Positions 26,901 through 39,853 of a stretch of 64,000 bases of DNA are shown here, piece after piece. The notes beneath the pieces were generated by a model. That model was not told the DNA's origin, searched no databases, and saw nothing but the letters and a program-made list of their open reading frames with translations. The DNA comes from Octopus sinensis (lineage: Eukaryota). A program made the position numbers and the translations under genes. The stretch lies in the NCBI RefSeq assembly GCF_006345805.1, contig NC_043000.1, positions 131,006,001 through 131,070,000 of the forward strand, read 5' to 3'. Numbering within the stretch: the stretch's first letter is position 1; each line of letters starts with the position of its first letter.

Positions 26901-27562
26901 ATATACATGTATACTTGTGTGTGTGTGTACGTGTGTGTGTGTGTGTGTAAACACAACTGGTATGTCTGCTCATCCATTTTATTTTACAGTAATAAAATGT
27001 TTTGATACCATAGTAATTGAAAAGTCGTGTGCTGTTTTTTTATTACCGAGAAATTACTTCAAATTTTAAAATATTTTTAAAAAATCATCTCAGTCATTAT
27101 ATTCTAATTTCCGGAGATATCAATTCAGTTTAGTTTGTTAAATTTTGACGTGTAATCGTTTTCGATTTCACATAAACTTTTTTTTTCTCTTAATTCGATA
27201 CTTTCCTCGTTTCACAATTTTTTATCTTTTTCCAACTTCGATAAATTCGATTCTGGAGTATTATGATGTCTCGTTTCAATTTCCCTCCATTTGTCGGTCT
27301 GTCTGTTTATCTGTCGTCTGTCTGTCTCATTTTGTCTCACTGTTTTTATGTTACATGTTTGTGTATTTGTTCATGTATGTATCTATGTATGCATGTATCT
27401 GTGTGTGCATGTGTGTGTGTGCGTAGACATAGACGTGAATGTGAAATTGCATGGCCTAGTGGTTAGATTATTGCACTGATGATTGCAAGTTCATAATTTC
27501 GATTCCCAGACAGGCGGTGCATTATGCTCTTGAGCAAAGTACTTCACTTATATATATATATA

Positions 27563-27839
27563 TCTTTATATATAAAAGTGAAGTTGTGTGTCTGTCTCCT
27601 ACGATTTAGATTCCTAACTACTCCCACATTTTGCGGTGCCGTTTAACCAAAACCGGGTATCTTATAGTCGTGATTCATATCGAGCCCTTCTGGGTATTAG
27701 CGCGCGTCTACGATTTAAAAAAAATTTACCATCATTTTTTCCCATTTTTTTTGCTATTATATAAGGGAAGTAACTCTTTAAAAATGCTTATATAGTTATT
27801 TCCCTTACAAATCCGAGCAACGCCGTGCGATACTGCTAG
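27563..27839 (+). mobile_element. Non-autonomous Helitron
   Basis: 5' TC, 3' subterminal hairpin and CTAG, inserted between A and T; shorter relative of 61319-61836. Confidence 0.8.
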
Positions 27840-27871
<32 letters not shown>

Positions 27872-28083
27872 TATCCATTTTCTTCGTCCCTATAATGTGA
27901 AGTGTTGTAGGGACAAAATTTTCAAGCACCATCTCCATAAGATCCTAGCAGAAGTAACTGAATGACGGTCTCTCTTTTTCTCTTTCTCTTTACGTCTCTT
28001 TCTCACTATATCTCTCTCAATTTCTCTCTCTCTCTCTCTCTCTCTGTCTATATAGACAGAGTGGCAGAGATAGACAGACAGAC

Positions 28084-28144
<61 letters not shown>

Positions 28145-28449
28145 TTACTGTTAAACAAGAAATTATTGACAGTGACTTCGAAGTCCTGGGGTCGACTTGC
28201 TCGACTAAAAGCGGTGCTCCAGCATGGCCGCAGTCAAATGCCTGAAACAAGTAAAAAAAAAATGAAGTGAAATTTACGTTTTCGCCGATTCAGTTTATGG
28301 AAATTCGACTGAAACAACCTACTACCGGCCAATGACCAGCATAGGATAGACATTTTATATTTGAACATAATGAAAGTACTGGCAAACTTGATTTGCTGCG
28401 TTACGGAAAACAAGAGATCGGTTTGCTTATTGGTTGCATAAGGACAAGT

Positions 28450-28823
28450 GGAAGCACTCCGTCGGTTACGACGATGAGGGTTCCGGTTGATCCGACCAAC
28501 GGAACAGCCTACTCGTGAAATTAACGTGTAAGTGGATGAGCACTCCACAGACACGTGTACCCTCAACGTAGTTCTCGGGAATATTCAGCGTGACACAGAG
28601 AGTGACAAGGCCGGCCCTTGAAATACAGGTACAACAGAAACAGGAAGTAAGAGTGAGAGAAAGTTGTGGTGAAAGAGTACAGCAGGGATCACCACCATCC
28701 CCTGCCGGAGCCTCGTGGAGCTTTAGGTGTTTTCGCTCAATAAACACTCACAACGCCCGGTCTGGGAATCGAAACCGCGATCCTACGACCGCTGCCCTAA
28801 CCACTGGGCCATTGCGCCTCCAC
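28450..28823 (-). mobile_element. SINE head C with CGTCGTAACCG tail
   Basis: 12-bp TSD ATAAGGACAAGT. Confidence 0.9.
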
Positions 28824-29013
28824 TATAAGGACAAGTAACTAATCTACAAACAATCCTCTCAAATACGAAACTATAATTTCAATCTTTAGTTATTTCGAAA
28901 ACGTGTAAACTCAAACATAATCATGCAACAAGCCCCACTGCCCCCTAAAATTACTCGCTTTTTTTTGGCCAAAAATTGAAACTATAATTATTAGCTTAAA
29001 TAATACAATGTGT

Positions 29014-29548
29014 GTGGAGGCGCAATGTCTCAGTGGTTAGGGCAGCGGACTCGCGGTCGTAGGATCGCGGTTTCGATTCCCAGACCGGGCATTGTGAGTG
29101 TTGAGTGTTTATTGAGCGCAAACACCTAAAGCTCCACGAGGCTCCGGCAGTGGGTGGTGGTGAACCCTGCTGTACTCTTTCACCACAACTTTCTCTCACT
29201 CTTTCTTCCTGTTTCTGTTGTACCTGTATTTCAAAGGGCCCAGCCTTGTCACACTCTGTGTCACGCTGAATCTCTCCGAGAACTACGTTAAGAGTACACT
29301 TGTCTGTGGAGTGCTCAGCCACTTGCATGTTAATAAATGAGCTGCGACGTCACTGGTGCCAAGCTGTATCAGCCTTTGCCTTTCCCTTGGATAACATCGG
29401 TGGCGTGGAGAGGAGGAGGCTGGTATGTGCGAGCGACTGCTGGTCTTCCATAAACAACCTAGCCCAGACTTGTGCCTCGGAGGGTAACTTTCTAGGTGCA
29501 ATCCAATGGTCATTCATGACCGAAGGGGGTCACAAAAACAAACAAAAA
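29014..29548 (+). mobile_element. SINE head C with a fourth tail type
   Basis: TSD AATACAATGTGTG; tail from ~29330 unrelated to the other head C copies. Confidence 0.85.
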
Positions 29549-30669
29549 ATACAATGTGTGGTATTATGTCTGTAAGACAGTTGGTAACGAGTCGAGTTGA
29601 AATTAATTTCGTTGATTAGTCAGCTTCTGCCTGGCATTTTATCCCACCGTTTGTCTCCAGGAAATATTTGCTGTATTCAGTTCAATAGACAACTGCCCCA
29701 ACACACCATGCGCGCGCGCGTTATGAATAGAAATTTATGCAGAGTCAAAGGGTTACTACCTGACCAGAGTGCACCAAAACCCAAGAAACAGAGTAGGCAG
29801 AGAAAACAGCAGAAGAGCTTCTCGCTTAGTATGTAGGATATTTGTAGCTAAACCTTAGGTTGCTTATTTTAATAGCCATCTTCGCTCGATATCCTCAGCT
29901 GATTACACCAGGAATGGGCTACCTTTTTCGAGGAGCAGGACGCACGTGATATGGCTCATCAGGCCAGTCACACTAATGCTACTAAAAAACAAATGAAGTT
30001 TCAGAAGGTTCTACGAGTTGCATGCAATTCACTTGTTGCTTGCTCTACAGTTTATTCCTAAATCGACTTTTATCTGCGGGTCCAGCTTTCAATTGTTTCT
30101 TCTACCTGCCAGTTTAGCTGTTATTCAGGACATTGTAACTAGTTTTAAAAGAAAGATATTTTATTCACTTACGAAAAATAATAAAATCAATAAAAATCTG
30201 CACTTTTTTAACTACAGTTGAGTTTTAAAAAGTTTCTATATTAACATGTCTAAATAATTAAATTGTTCATTTTAATTCATTTGTATTTAACGAGACATTG
30301 TCCAAGATGAAATATAATTACAAACAATGAGAGAGTAGCTTTCTCCAAGTGTATTCTTTGATTCATTGCACGTAGATGGAATTTTGTGGACATAAGCAAC
30401 TGGATTTTGGCCACTTTATTGATGTGAGAATTAAAATTTTAGCACTAGGTTTGCTCTGATCGAGCAAATCTAAAAGCGATCCAGCTTTGGCAGTTTCATA
30501 ATCGCCAATTAGTTTGTTATTATATTACTATTCCAAGCTGGTAAAAAGACCAGGGATTCCTCAGATCGAGCACTTCATTTATAACGAATTGTAGTATGAA
30601 AAGTGAAACAAATTGGCTTTAAACTAGAAAGGAGAAGCTTAAGCTATTGGTATTTTTAGAAAAAAATGC

Positions 30670-31087
30670 GGATCTTTTCGGTTTGACCGGCAGTTTTTTA
30701 AAATAATTTCCACGTAACTAAACACTTTTAAACTTCGTATACTGGTAGAATGTGTTTATAAAACATCTTTTTCTCTTGGCTTTATTGAGAAAATTCTATA
30801 GTTTGTAAGATATTTGTTGTTGTTTTTTTCTTCAATTTCTGCAATTTCAACCAATCAATGATGTCTATTGAGGTGAAAACATTCTGTGCCGTATGAATAT
30901 GTCCCTCGTTTAAGAAACAGATTGGGTTTATTTACATTTGTGAAGAAAAAAAGATACCCTTCCCCCCACCCCTAACCCTAACCCTAAAACAGATTGACAT
31001 GCAATAGATCGATACTAGGGTCATAATTATGGGTGACAATTTCATATGACACCGCTAGAAAAACTGCCGTTCAAACCGAAAAGATCC
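30670..31087. mobile_element. MITE / non-autonomous DNA transposon with 8-bp TSD
   Basis: ~29-bp TIRs GGATCTTTTCGGTTTGA.CGGCAGTTTTT; TSD AAAAATGC; internal (CCCTAA)3. Confidence 0.9.
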
Positions 31088-31526
31088 AAAAATGCTAACA
31101 TTGCAATGTACAATGCTTTTAGATATTCCTTACAGTTGCGAGTAGATGCAAACATTCTCCTCCACCCCACCTTTAGTGTAGTGAATTCTCTAGGATGCGC
31201 GAGCTGAAGAAAGGGATAGTGGTTACAGAATAGGGTTGGTACATCGATCCAGAGAAGGGATATAATCGATTATGCAGAGCAACAATGATTGCTTTGTTTT
31301 CCACTGGACTTCAAGAAGAATGAAATGAAAGCAGGGTAAAGTAAAACCCCTAATAGTATATAATCTGTCGCTAAATTTTATACCATTGCTTCATTTCAAA
31401 TGTTTTGTTGTTTTTAATACAGAGTAATGTTGTAAGTAGGGATGCAACGGAATTTCATTGCACTGTTTAAAAAAATCTTGAAATGAGAGATAAGTGGGTG
31501 GTGTTACAATAAAAAGGAGAAAAATA

Positions 31527-32806
31527 CTATTTCGAAAGCTGCTTCTTAGGGTTTTGAACTGCGGACTTCGATTTAGTAGCTTTAGTGTTTTTTATTATTC
31601 TTTTTTCACTTTCGGTGATTTTGGTTCGACTTGTGGGGGTGGTTTCTTCTGAATATTATTTGGGTTTTTAACCGATTTCTCTGGAACTTTGTCATGACTC
31701 TTAGCTTTCGAGTTCTTTGAACTAGATTTCTTTGTAGAATCTTTTGAATCAGATTTTCGTTTATACAAAAGACTGGCTCGTTTCAGGTTTTTTGGGTAAG
31801 AGAGATTTTCTTTTAGATGAAATAACTCTTTTGGTTTTCGTTCGATGCGGAGTATTTGCTTTACCAATTTCTCTTGATTTCGTTTTAGCAGTAGATTTGC
31901 TGGTTCTTGGGGATTTAGTAAATGTCAAGTTCATATCATCTAAAGTAGACTGCCCACTTTTGGTAAGGATTAGTTTCATGTGGTTCTTTTAATAGCCTTC
32001 ATATTGCTGTTACCGTTACTTTTAGATTTGGATTTCTGTGAAGACTTCAGTTTGAAGTAACCTGTTCCTATCGTGCCAGTCACTAAAATAGCCACACAGT
32101 CCTCAACCATATTCGCCAACGCTTTCATCACTTGCGTGTTGACGAACTTCGAACTTGAACTCACTTCAAAAGTTGAATGGATATAATTTAATATCGCTCT
32201 CAATGAAACACCATTCCGTGAAATTTTACTATTGATTACCGTCATAACCATCGAACGGTATTTCGGATGTTTGGCACCAGGTTTCGGTTCTTTACGGGTC
32301 GGACTTTTCGTTGGCATTTTGTTTCTAGATACCTAGAGAGAAAATGCCTGACTGTGAAAATGTTTGAAAATCGATGGAAGAATGTAGCACGATGTTGCGT
32401 GTGGATGGAACCTCATGAATGCGACACAGGATGTATCTCAGGTATCAGTGGCGAGGCGGGGTTCATGGAGTCCAAATTAAACCCGCCCCCCACTCCATCC
32501 GTAATGTCTTCCGGTCTGTCCTACCATCCGATTTTATTATCTTTTCTTATTTTTGTAAAAATTTTTAATGTCATTTTTTTGTACAATCATTCGCTCATCT
32601 AACCCCAAAATCAGATTTATTGTCCCTTCTTCATTAGCCCCTTGTGGGTAATAAAAAAATCAATTTTGTTTCTAGATACAGCTGGAGGGACGGCGCCGTT
32701 AGCGTTTTTCTCCAGCTGGTTTTATCAAATTGTTAATGTTAACAGCTTGAACTGAAGCTTTTACAGAAGTTCCTTCGCTGGAGTAGCATTCATTTCCAGT
32801 ATCCAT
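31527..32806 (-). pseudogene. Divergent linker histone H1/H5-family gene (~315 aa reconstructed), disrupted by a LINE insertion and ~4 frameshifts
   Basis: Globular domain HPKYRSMV..I....GVSLRAILNYI..F.V....V.KAL..MV....VTGTIGTGYFKL; K/S/T/P-rich tail in successive frames to TAG at 31527; N-terminus MDTGNECYSSEG from ATG 32806 joins across the TSD. Confidence 0.8.
32333..32662 (+). mobile_element. 5'-truncated L1/Tx1-type LINE (end of ORF2 + 3' UTR)
   Basis: 17-bp TSD ATTTTGTTTCTAGATAC (32316-32332, 32663-32679); start aligns with the ORF2 end of the element at ~47137-47222; tail TAGCCCCTTGTGGGTAATAAAAAAA. Confidence 0.85.
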
Positions 32807-32822
32807 GATTAGTCTACAACTC

Positions 32823-32880
32823 CTAAATAGAAGAAAGCTTAACCAAAAGAGAGAAAAAAAAATGGCAACAAAGTTAGTCT
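32823..32880 (-). promoter_or_regulatory. 3' splice site of a 5'-UTR intron of the H1 gene
   Basis: Branch point ACTAAC, long pyrimidine tract, TTTAG|GAGTTGTAGACTAATCATG. Confidence 0.65.
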
Positions 32881-33326
32881 TTAAAATATCGCGCACTTCA
32901 GGGTGATGGCTCCCATTTACAAAAGATCCACAATTTGAGTCAATTTGTTTGGTAAATGCCACAAGTTGTACTTCATGGATGAAGAAAAGAAAGAAACCGA
33001 TAGGTGTCTTGGGGAAATTTCCTAAGATTTAGTTGGTGTTTTTTTTTTAACAGGTCGAAGCACGTCGTGGTCACGTGATTAACTAGTCTTCGACGTGTAG
33101 AATGTAGTTCAATTATAAGAATTTTTTATATTTTTAATTCAGCTGGTATAGTATTTGACGCACACGCGCACGCCCACATACACACACACACACATACTCG
33201 CGCGCGCGCACACACACAAGTTTATCTGTAATATCGTTTTCGATTGCTATGAGGTCAAAACTACATATTTACCAAACCAAATAGCAAGAGTAAAGGAACA
33301 AGTAAGAAAAGCAGCATCCCGCGCTA

Positions 33327-33728
33327 CACGAGGAGTGGCTGTGTGGTAAGTAGCATGCTTCCCAACTGCATGGTTCCGGGTTCAGTTCCACTGCGTGGCA
33401 CATTGGGCAAGTGTCCTCTACTATAGCCTCGGGCCGACCAAAGCCTTGTGAGTGGATTTGGTAGACGGAAACTGAAAAGAAGCCCGTCGTATATATGTAT
33501 ATATATATGTGTGTGTTCGTGTGTCTGTGCTTGTCCCCCCAACATCGCTTGACAACCGATGTTGGTGTGCTTACGTCCCCATAACCTAGCGGTTCGGCAA
33601 AAGAAGCCGATAGACTAAGTACTAGGCTTACAAAGAATAAGTCCTGGGGTCGATTTACTCGACTAAAGGCGGTGCTCCAGCATGGCCACAGTCAAATGAC
33701 TGAAACAAGTAAAAGAGAGTAAAAGAGT
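33327..33728 (+). mobile_element. SINE family B
   Basis: Matches family B. Confidence 0.9.
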
Positions 33729-33966
33729 ATATGTAAAGTAATTACTTTATCTTTTATAATTGTTTTTGAAAAATAAGTGCATGCCCTCTGTCGAGTTTGT
33801 GAAAAGGGCTCCGTCTTCTTGACACTGAAACTCCGAATGAGGCTCCGTCTCCAAAGGATCAAAAGAAAGACCTGGTAATTTTGCCTTATTTTCTGGAGTT
33901 GTTAGACAATGATATATCGGTAAAGGTGGCAAAATATTTGTAATATACGAAGCAGAATGAGATGTA

Positions 33967-34180
33967 TACTCTTTACTCTTTTACTTGTTTCAGTCATTTG
34001 ACTGCGGCCATGCTGGAGCACCGCATTTAGTTGAGCAAATCTACCCCAGGACTTATTCTTTGTAAGCCTAGTACTTATTCTATCGGCCTCTTTTGCCGAA
34101 TCACTAAGTTATGGTGACGTAAACACACCAGCATCGGTTGTCGAGCAATGTTGGGGGGACAAACACAGACACACGAACAT

Positions 34181-34260
<80 letters not shown>

Positions 34261-34381
34261 TCCGTCTACCAAATCCACTCACAAGGTTTTGGTCGGCCCG
34301 AGGCTATAGTAGAAGACACTTGCCCAAGGTTCCACGCAGTAGGACTGAACCCAGAACCATGTGGCTGGTAAGCAAGCTACT
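33967..34381 (-). mobile_element. SINE family B
   Basis: Reverse complement of family B. Confidence 0.9.
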
Positions 34382-35387
34382 TGGGAACTAAAAATAATTT
34401 ATTCAAATATACACAAGAATCTAGATGCAAACTCAGAAAATGAATGAGTTAGACAAAAGAAATGGTGTACTACACAAATAGCGAAACAAGAAATTAACAG
34501 ATAAACTATTTATTTCATATCATCAAAGCATTTTGAAGTTAAAACCGTAATTGGATTCCGAAGCCTCTTATATGACCGAAAAGCATAGCAGTGGAGTGGA
34601 TGCAATCGGTCTTTTAATAATAATTTCAAATGAAAGCAATCAAATTTTTAATCACAGCTTTATAATATTGATATTGGTTTTAGAAATTAAAATCAATAGC
34701 ATGTACGGAATTGAATATTCCTGCGGATTTCAATTAATATTCTTATTTAGAAAATACAAGCATGATAAATATAGATAAAATGAAAACAAAATTTTTTCTG
34801 ATTAGATAGTAAAATCTAGTAGGTGGGCTGGAATGGTAAATTGTACAAGTCTTAACTCTTTTAAGTTGCTTAATCCCTGATATTCTGAGTAAACGAAGTT
34901 AGTATTTGTACTATTAAGTTAGATGTGGCCTCGTCAAATATGGGTCGCAGATCATTTAAGTATAATTGTGTGTGTATGTATGTGTGTGTATGTGTGTGTG
35001 TGAATGTGTACATAAATGCACACGCGCACACGTGTACATAAATGCACACGCGCACACGTACACATACATGCACACGCACGCACATACACGCTCGCACGCT
35101 GAACCTCCCTGAGAACTACGTTATGGGTATGCATGTCTGTGCAATGCTCAGCCACTTGCACGTTAATTTCACGAGTAGGCTGTTCCGTTGATCGGATCGG
35201 ATCTAGTCTTTTTCGTTCGCAAAATGAGGCCCCTTTGATTTTGCTCAGATTGCTTTCAATTTTGGTGTATCGATGCGACCCTGAATTCCGATTGCGATCA
35301 ACCAGTTACTTTATCTCGTAAATTAAAGAATTTGATGTTATTTGGAATTAAAGTTGGGAAATTTGGGTAATTTTAGCATTAACAGCT

Positions 35388-35592
35388 TGTGTGTGTGTGG
35401 GGGGTGTGTGTGCGTGTGTGTGTGCACGCGTGTGTGTGTGTGCACGCGTGTGTGTGTGTGCACGCGTGTGTGTGTGTGCACGCGTGTGTGTGTGCACGCG
35501 CGTGTGTGTGCACGCGCGTGTATGTGCACCCATGTGTGTGTGCACGCGTGTGTGTGTGTGCACGCGTGTGTGTGTGTGCACGCGTGTGTGTA
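35388..35592. repeat. ~18-bp minisatellite (TG)nCACGCG, alternating purine-pyrimidine
   Basis: Direct inspection. Confidence 0.9.
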
Positions 35593-36053
35593 TAATTTAA
35601 CGTAAAATTGGAGAAAGCAGATATCGACTTGTGTGTTAAAGGCTTGGTAAGCAAAAGAGAACGTATAGTAAACCTTGAATGTGAAAACATTGACATCTTA
35701 AAAGTTCGTACTGTCGGGAAAATCGACCGTTAATGAATTCTATGAAGTATATTTGTCTAATTAACGAAACTCAGATATACGCCACACTATCGTTTTTACG
35801 AAAGACATATAAAAGAAGTGTAATTAGAGGAGCCTTAAACTGGTCAATAAGCGTCCAAAGCAGTTTGTAAATCAAAGGCATAGCTCCTGACAAAACCTGG
35901 AAATAGTCCAGTAAAGTTTTGAATCCAGCGACTGCTTTTAATGATTCAACGAGAATCGCAAGTTCACACGCATAAATGTTATAACAATGGTATTACTTCT
36001 CACTTGTCGCTTATCACACGGAAAAGACTTTACGTTTTGCAACATTGTTTTTC

Positions 36054-36122
<69 letters not shown>

Positions 36123-36145
36123 AGGACAAAGTGTACGTACGCCGC

Positions 36146-36170
<25 letters not shown>

Positions 36171-36176
<6 letters not shown>

Positions 36177-37712
36177 GCAGGCCCAAGTTGTGAAACACAC
36201 AGACTTAGCAACTTTATAGATATCATCTTAAAGCTAATACTGAAACACATTCCAAGTATTGTAAGAGATGACCTGGACCTATTAAATCATCTCCCCAAAC
36301 ATGCCGATAAAGACACCTTAATCGTTTCTTTTGATGTTATTAATCTTTACACCACAATCCCGCATGAATGTGGACTGGAAGCCATTAAATTCTGGCTGGA
36401 TAAATATCCCAATGAGATCCCGGAAAGAATTAAAAAAGAATTCATAATTGAGGGCCTCAAATTTATTCTGCAAAACAACTTCATGTATTTCCACAACAAC
36501 ACTTACAGACAGGTCTCAGGAACTGCAATGGGTACGAAAGTTGCACCTACCTATGCAAACCTGGTGATGGCCTACCTGGAATCACATATCTATGAAAAAT
36601 CCAAATATAAGTACGGCCAGTCTTTCCACAAATACCTGTTGGAGAACTGGAAACGCTACTTAGATGATTGCCTCATCCTATGGTCCCACACACTCGACCA
36701 ACTTATAGACTTCAAAAACCTTATCAACAGTGTAAATAACAACATTCAATTCACAATGGAATATAGTCAGGACCAACTCCCTTTTCTTGACATCCTAATC
36801 ATTAAAAAAGGCGTCAATATTGAAACTGACATCCATTACAAACCCACTGACTCTAAACAATACCGTCTATTCATCTCCAATCACCCAAAACACACAAAGG
36901 CAAATATCCCCTTCAACCTAGCGAGAAGAATCTGCACTATTGTCTCAAATGACACAACACGAAATAGAAGACTCCGGGAACTAAGGGCAATTCTTCTCGA
37001 AAGACATTACCCGGCATCACTAGTAGACAACGGAATAGAACGGGCCAAATCAATCAACATTCAAGACCTACGAAAACCCAAACACATCCACAGTACAGTA
37101 AATAGCCTCCCCTATCTCTCAACACACAACCCAAGGAATGCAGAAGCTTACACTATTATATACAACAACATTCCACAACTAAATCAAGACCCACGCCTGA
37201 AAAAAATACTGGCAGCTCATAAAATAATAAAAAGTAAGAGACAACCTAAATCCCTAAAAAACCTCCTCACCAACGCAAAATTACACAACACAAACCCACC
37301 GCCCACCATCAAAAAATGTGGTCGCCCCAACTGAAAGACTTGCATCCACCTCATTGAGGGATCGTCGTACAAGTTCCACTCGGGACACACATTCATCATA
37401 AAAAATAATTTCACGTGCGCATCAAAAAATTTACTCTACGTCATAAGGTGTGAAGGATGCCACGAAGACTACATAGGGCAAACGAGCCTTACCCTCAGAG
37501 AAAGAATGACAGTTCACCGACAACAACTGAGGGACCCCTCCACAAGACAGATACCACTAAGTGGACACTTAGACCTTTGTGCACACAATAAGTCCCCCAA
37601 ATTCTTAGTCTTCCCACTATACCAATTCTCGGACAACACCACAGACCAAACACGAATAAATAAGGAAAGTAATCTTATTCAAAAATACAGAACACAACTA
37701 AACATACTCTAA
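36171..37712 (+). pseudogene. Penelope reverse transcriptase + GIY-YIG endonuclease (one in-frame TGA at 37332-37334)
   Basis: SFDVINLYTTIP, GTAMGTKVAPTYANL, WKRYLDD, LPFLD, YKPTD; Cys linker CGRPN*KTC; NLLYVIRC..C..DYIGQT...RMTVH. Confidence 0.9.
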
Positions 37713-37859
37713 CATACCCCCTGGAAACACATCCAGAGCAAGCACACAGGGACACGCGCACGCTCACAGCATGTCGTGCGGGCGGGCACATGCACGCATC
37801 GGCACGCATAGGACACACTAGCGGGCATTGACCGCACACATACGTGGCATACACACGCA

Positions 37860-39020
37860 TGCATTATATATATGTAGGTTATGTATGTGTGTGAGTGTTG
37901 TGTGTGTGTGTGTGTGTGCACGTTGTGTGTGTGTGTGCGCGTGTGTATATATGTGTGCACTGTGTGCGTGTGTGTGTATGTGTGTGTGTGTGCGCGCGTT
38001 GTGTGTGTGTGTGTGTGTGCACGTGTGTATATATGTGTGTGTGTGTGTGCACTGTGTGCGTGTGTGTGTGTATGTGTGTGTGTGTGTGTGTGAGCATTAT
38101 ATACGTGTGTATGTATTTACATATGTATTTGTTTATATATATATATATATATATATGTGAGTGTTGTGTGTGTATATGCATGGTATGTGTGTATATGTGA
38201 GTACTTTGTTTGTGTGTGTGTGCGGTATGTAGAGATATATTTGAGTGTGTACGCTATAGGTTTGTAATTTGTGTGTGTGGGTGTGTGTGTGTGTGTATGT
38301 GTGCATTGTATATATGTATATTGTATGTATGTGTATTGTATATGTATGTGTACAATTAAGTGTATATATGTGTGTGCACTGTGTGCGTGTGTGTGTGTAT
38401 GTGTGCATTGTATATATGTATATTGTATGTATGTGTATTGTATATGTATGTGTACAATTAAGTGTATATATGTGTGTGTATGTGTGTGTGTGTATATTTA
38501 TTTGCATGTTTATGCGTGTATAAACATGTGCATTATTTGCATGCGCATTGTGTATATGTATATTGTATGTATGTGTATTGTATATGTATGTGTACAATTA
38601 AGTGTATATATGTGTGTGTATGTGTGCATTGTATATATGTATATTGTAGGTGTGCCATATGTGCATGAATACATGTATATGCATTGCGTGTATATATATG
38701 TATGCATTGTGTATGTATGTTATGTGTGTGTGTGTTTATATATATTATATGTATGCGTACGTGTATGTGTATGCATTGTATGTATGTATATTGTGTGTAT
38801 ATGTGGTATATCTATGTATGTGTATGTGAACACTATTTATATGTATACATGTATATATGTATATGCATTGTCTATATATATATATATATTATATGTATGT
38901 ATTGCGTACGTATATTGCATGCATATATTGTGTATGTGCATTATATACATGCTGTATTTGTATATTGTATGTGTATATATATGCTAGGTGTATTTGTGTG
39001 ATATTTATATTATGTATGGA

Positions 39021-39060
<40 letters not shown>

Positions 39061-39244
39061 GTGTGTGTATGTGTGTTATATATATGTGTGTATATTATAT
39101 ACAAATACATGTTATATTTATGTGTTGTGTGTATATATTATATATGTGGGTGCGTTGTGTGTGTGTGTGTGTTCTGTGGGTGTGTGTGTGTTGTGTGTAT
39201 GTGGTGTGTGTTTTTATACTATGTGTGTGTGTGTGTGTGTTGTG

Positions 39245-39283
<39 letters not shown>

Positions 39284-39290
39284 TGACAAA
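37860..39290. repeat. 1.4-kb cryptic (TG/TA) microsatellite with higher-order repeats
   Basis: Unit ...GTGTACAATTAAGTGTATATATG... recurs at ~38350, ~38451, ~38591. Confidence 0.9.
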
Positions 39291-39853
39291 CAGACGCTGC
39301 TTGACCAGCACGCACGGACACATCTATTCACACCCACATACTAACCTCCTGATAACCCCAAAACCATTGATGCTTGAAGGGGAAGTATACACCACACTGG
39401 GTACAACCTTTTTTTCTCTCAATTCAACCTTTCTGCCAAAACAAACAGGTCAGTAACAACATATTCTCGCCTTCAACTTAAAATATTCTGAGATGTATAA
39501 AAAATCCATTTTAATTTTTGCTGTCAAAAGATTGTATATATATACCAAAGACTGTATATATATATACATGTAATGTGACAATTTGCGACAACCAATAATT
39601 AACGCAACCAAATTTCCAATAATATATTTGTTTTATCCTTTTCTGCCAATTTTTCCAAATATTCTCTTCACACTATTGAACTTCTGTGTTACCAAAAACT
39701 ATATTTATACATGTAATGTGACAATTTTGTATAAAAAAACATTTTTGAATTCATAATATCCAATGTGACAATTATGTAAAAAACTTTTTTGAATGCATAA
39801 TATTCAATGTGACAATTATGTAAAAAACTTTTTTGAACCCATATTATTCAATG

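Noticed and set aside
36045-36170. N-terminal YIYI extension of the Penelope ORF
   Set aside because: Flanking (TA)n target in frame by chance; the element is 5'-truncated.
37828-39456. Many Cys/Val/Tyr- and His/Thr-rich ORFs
   Set aside because: TG/TA microsatellite translations.
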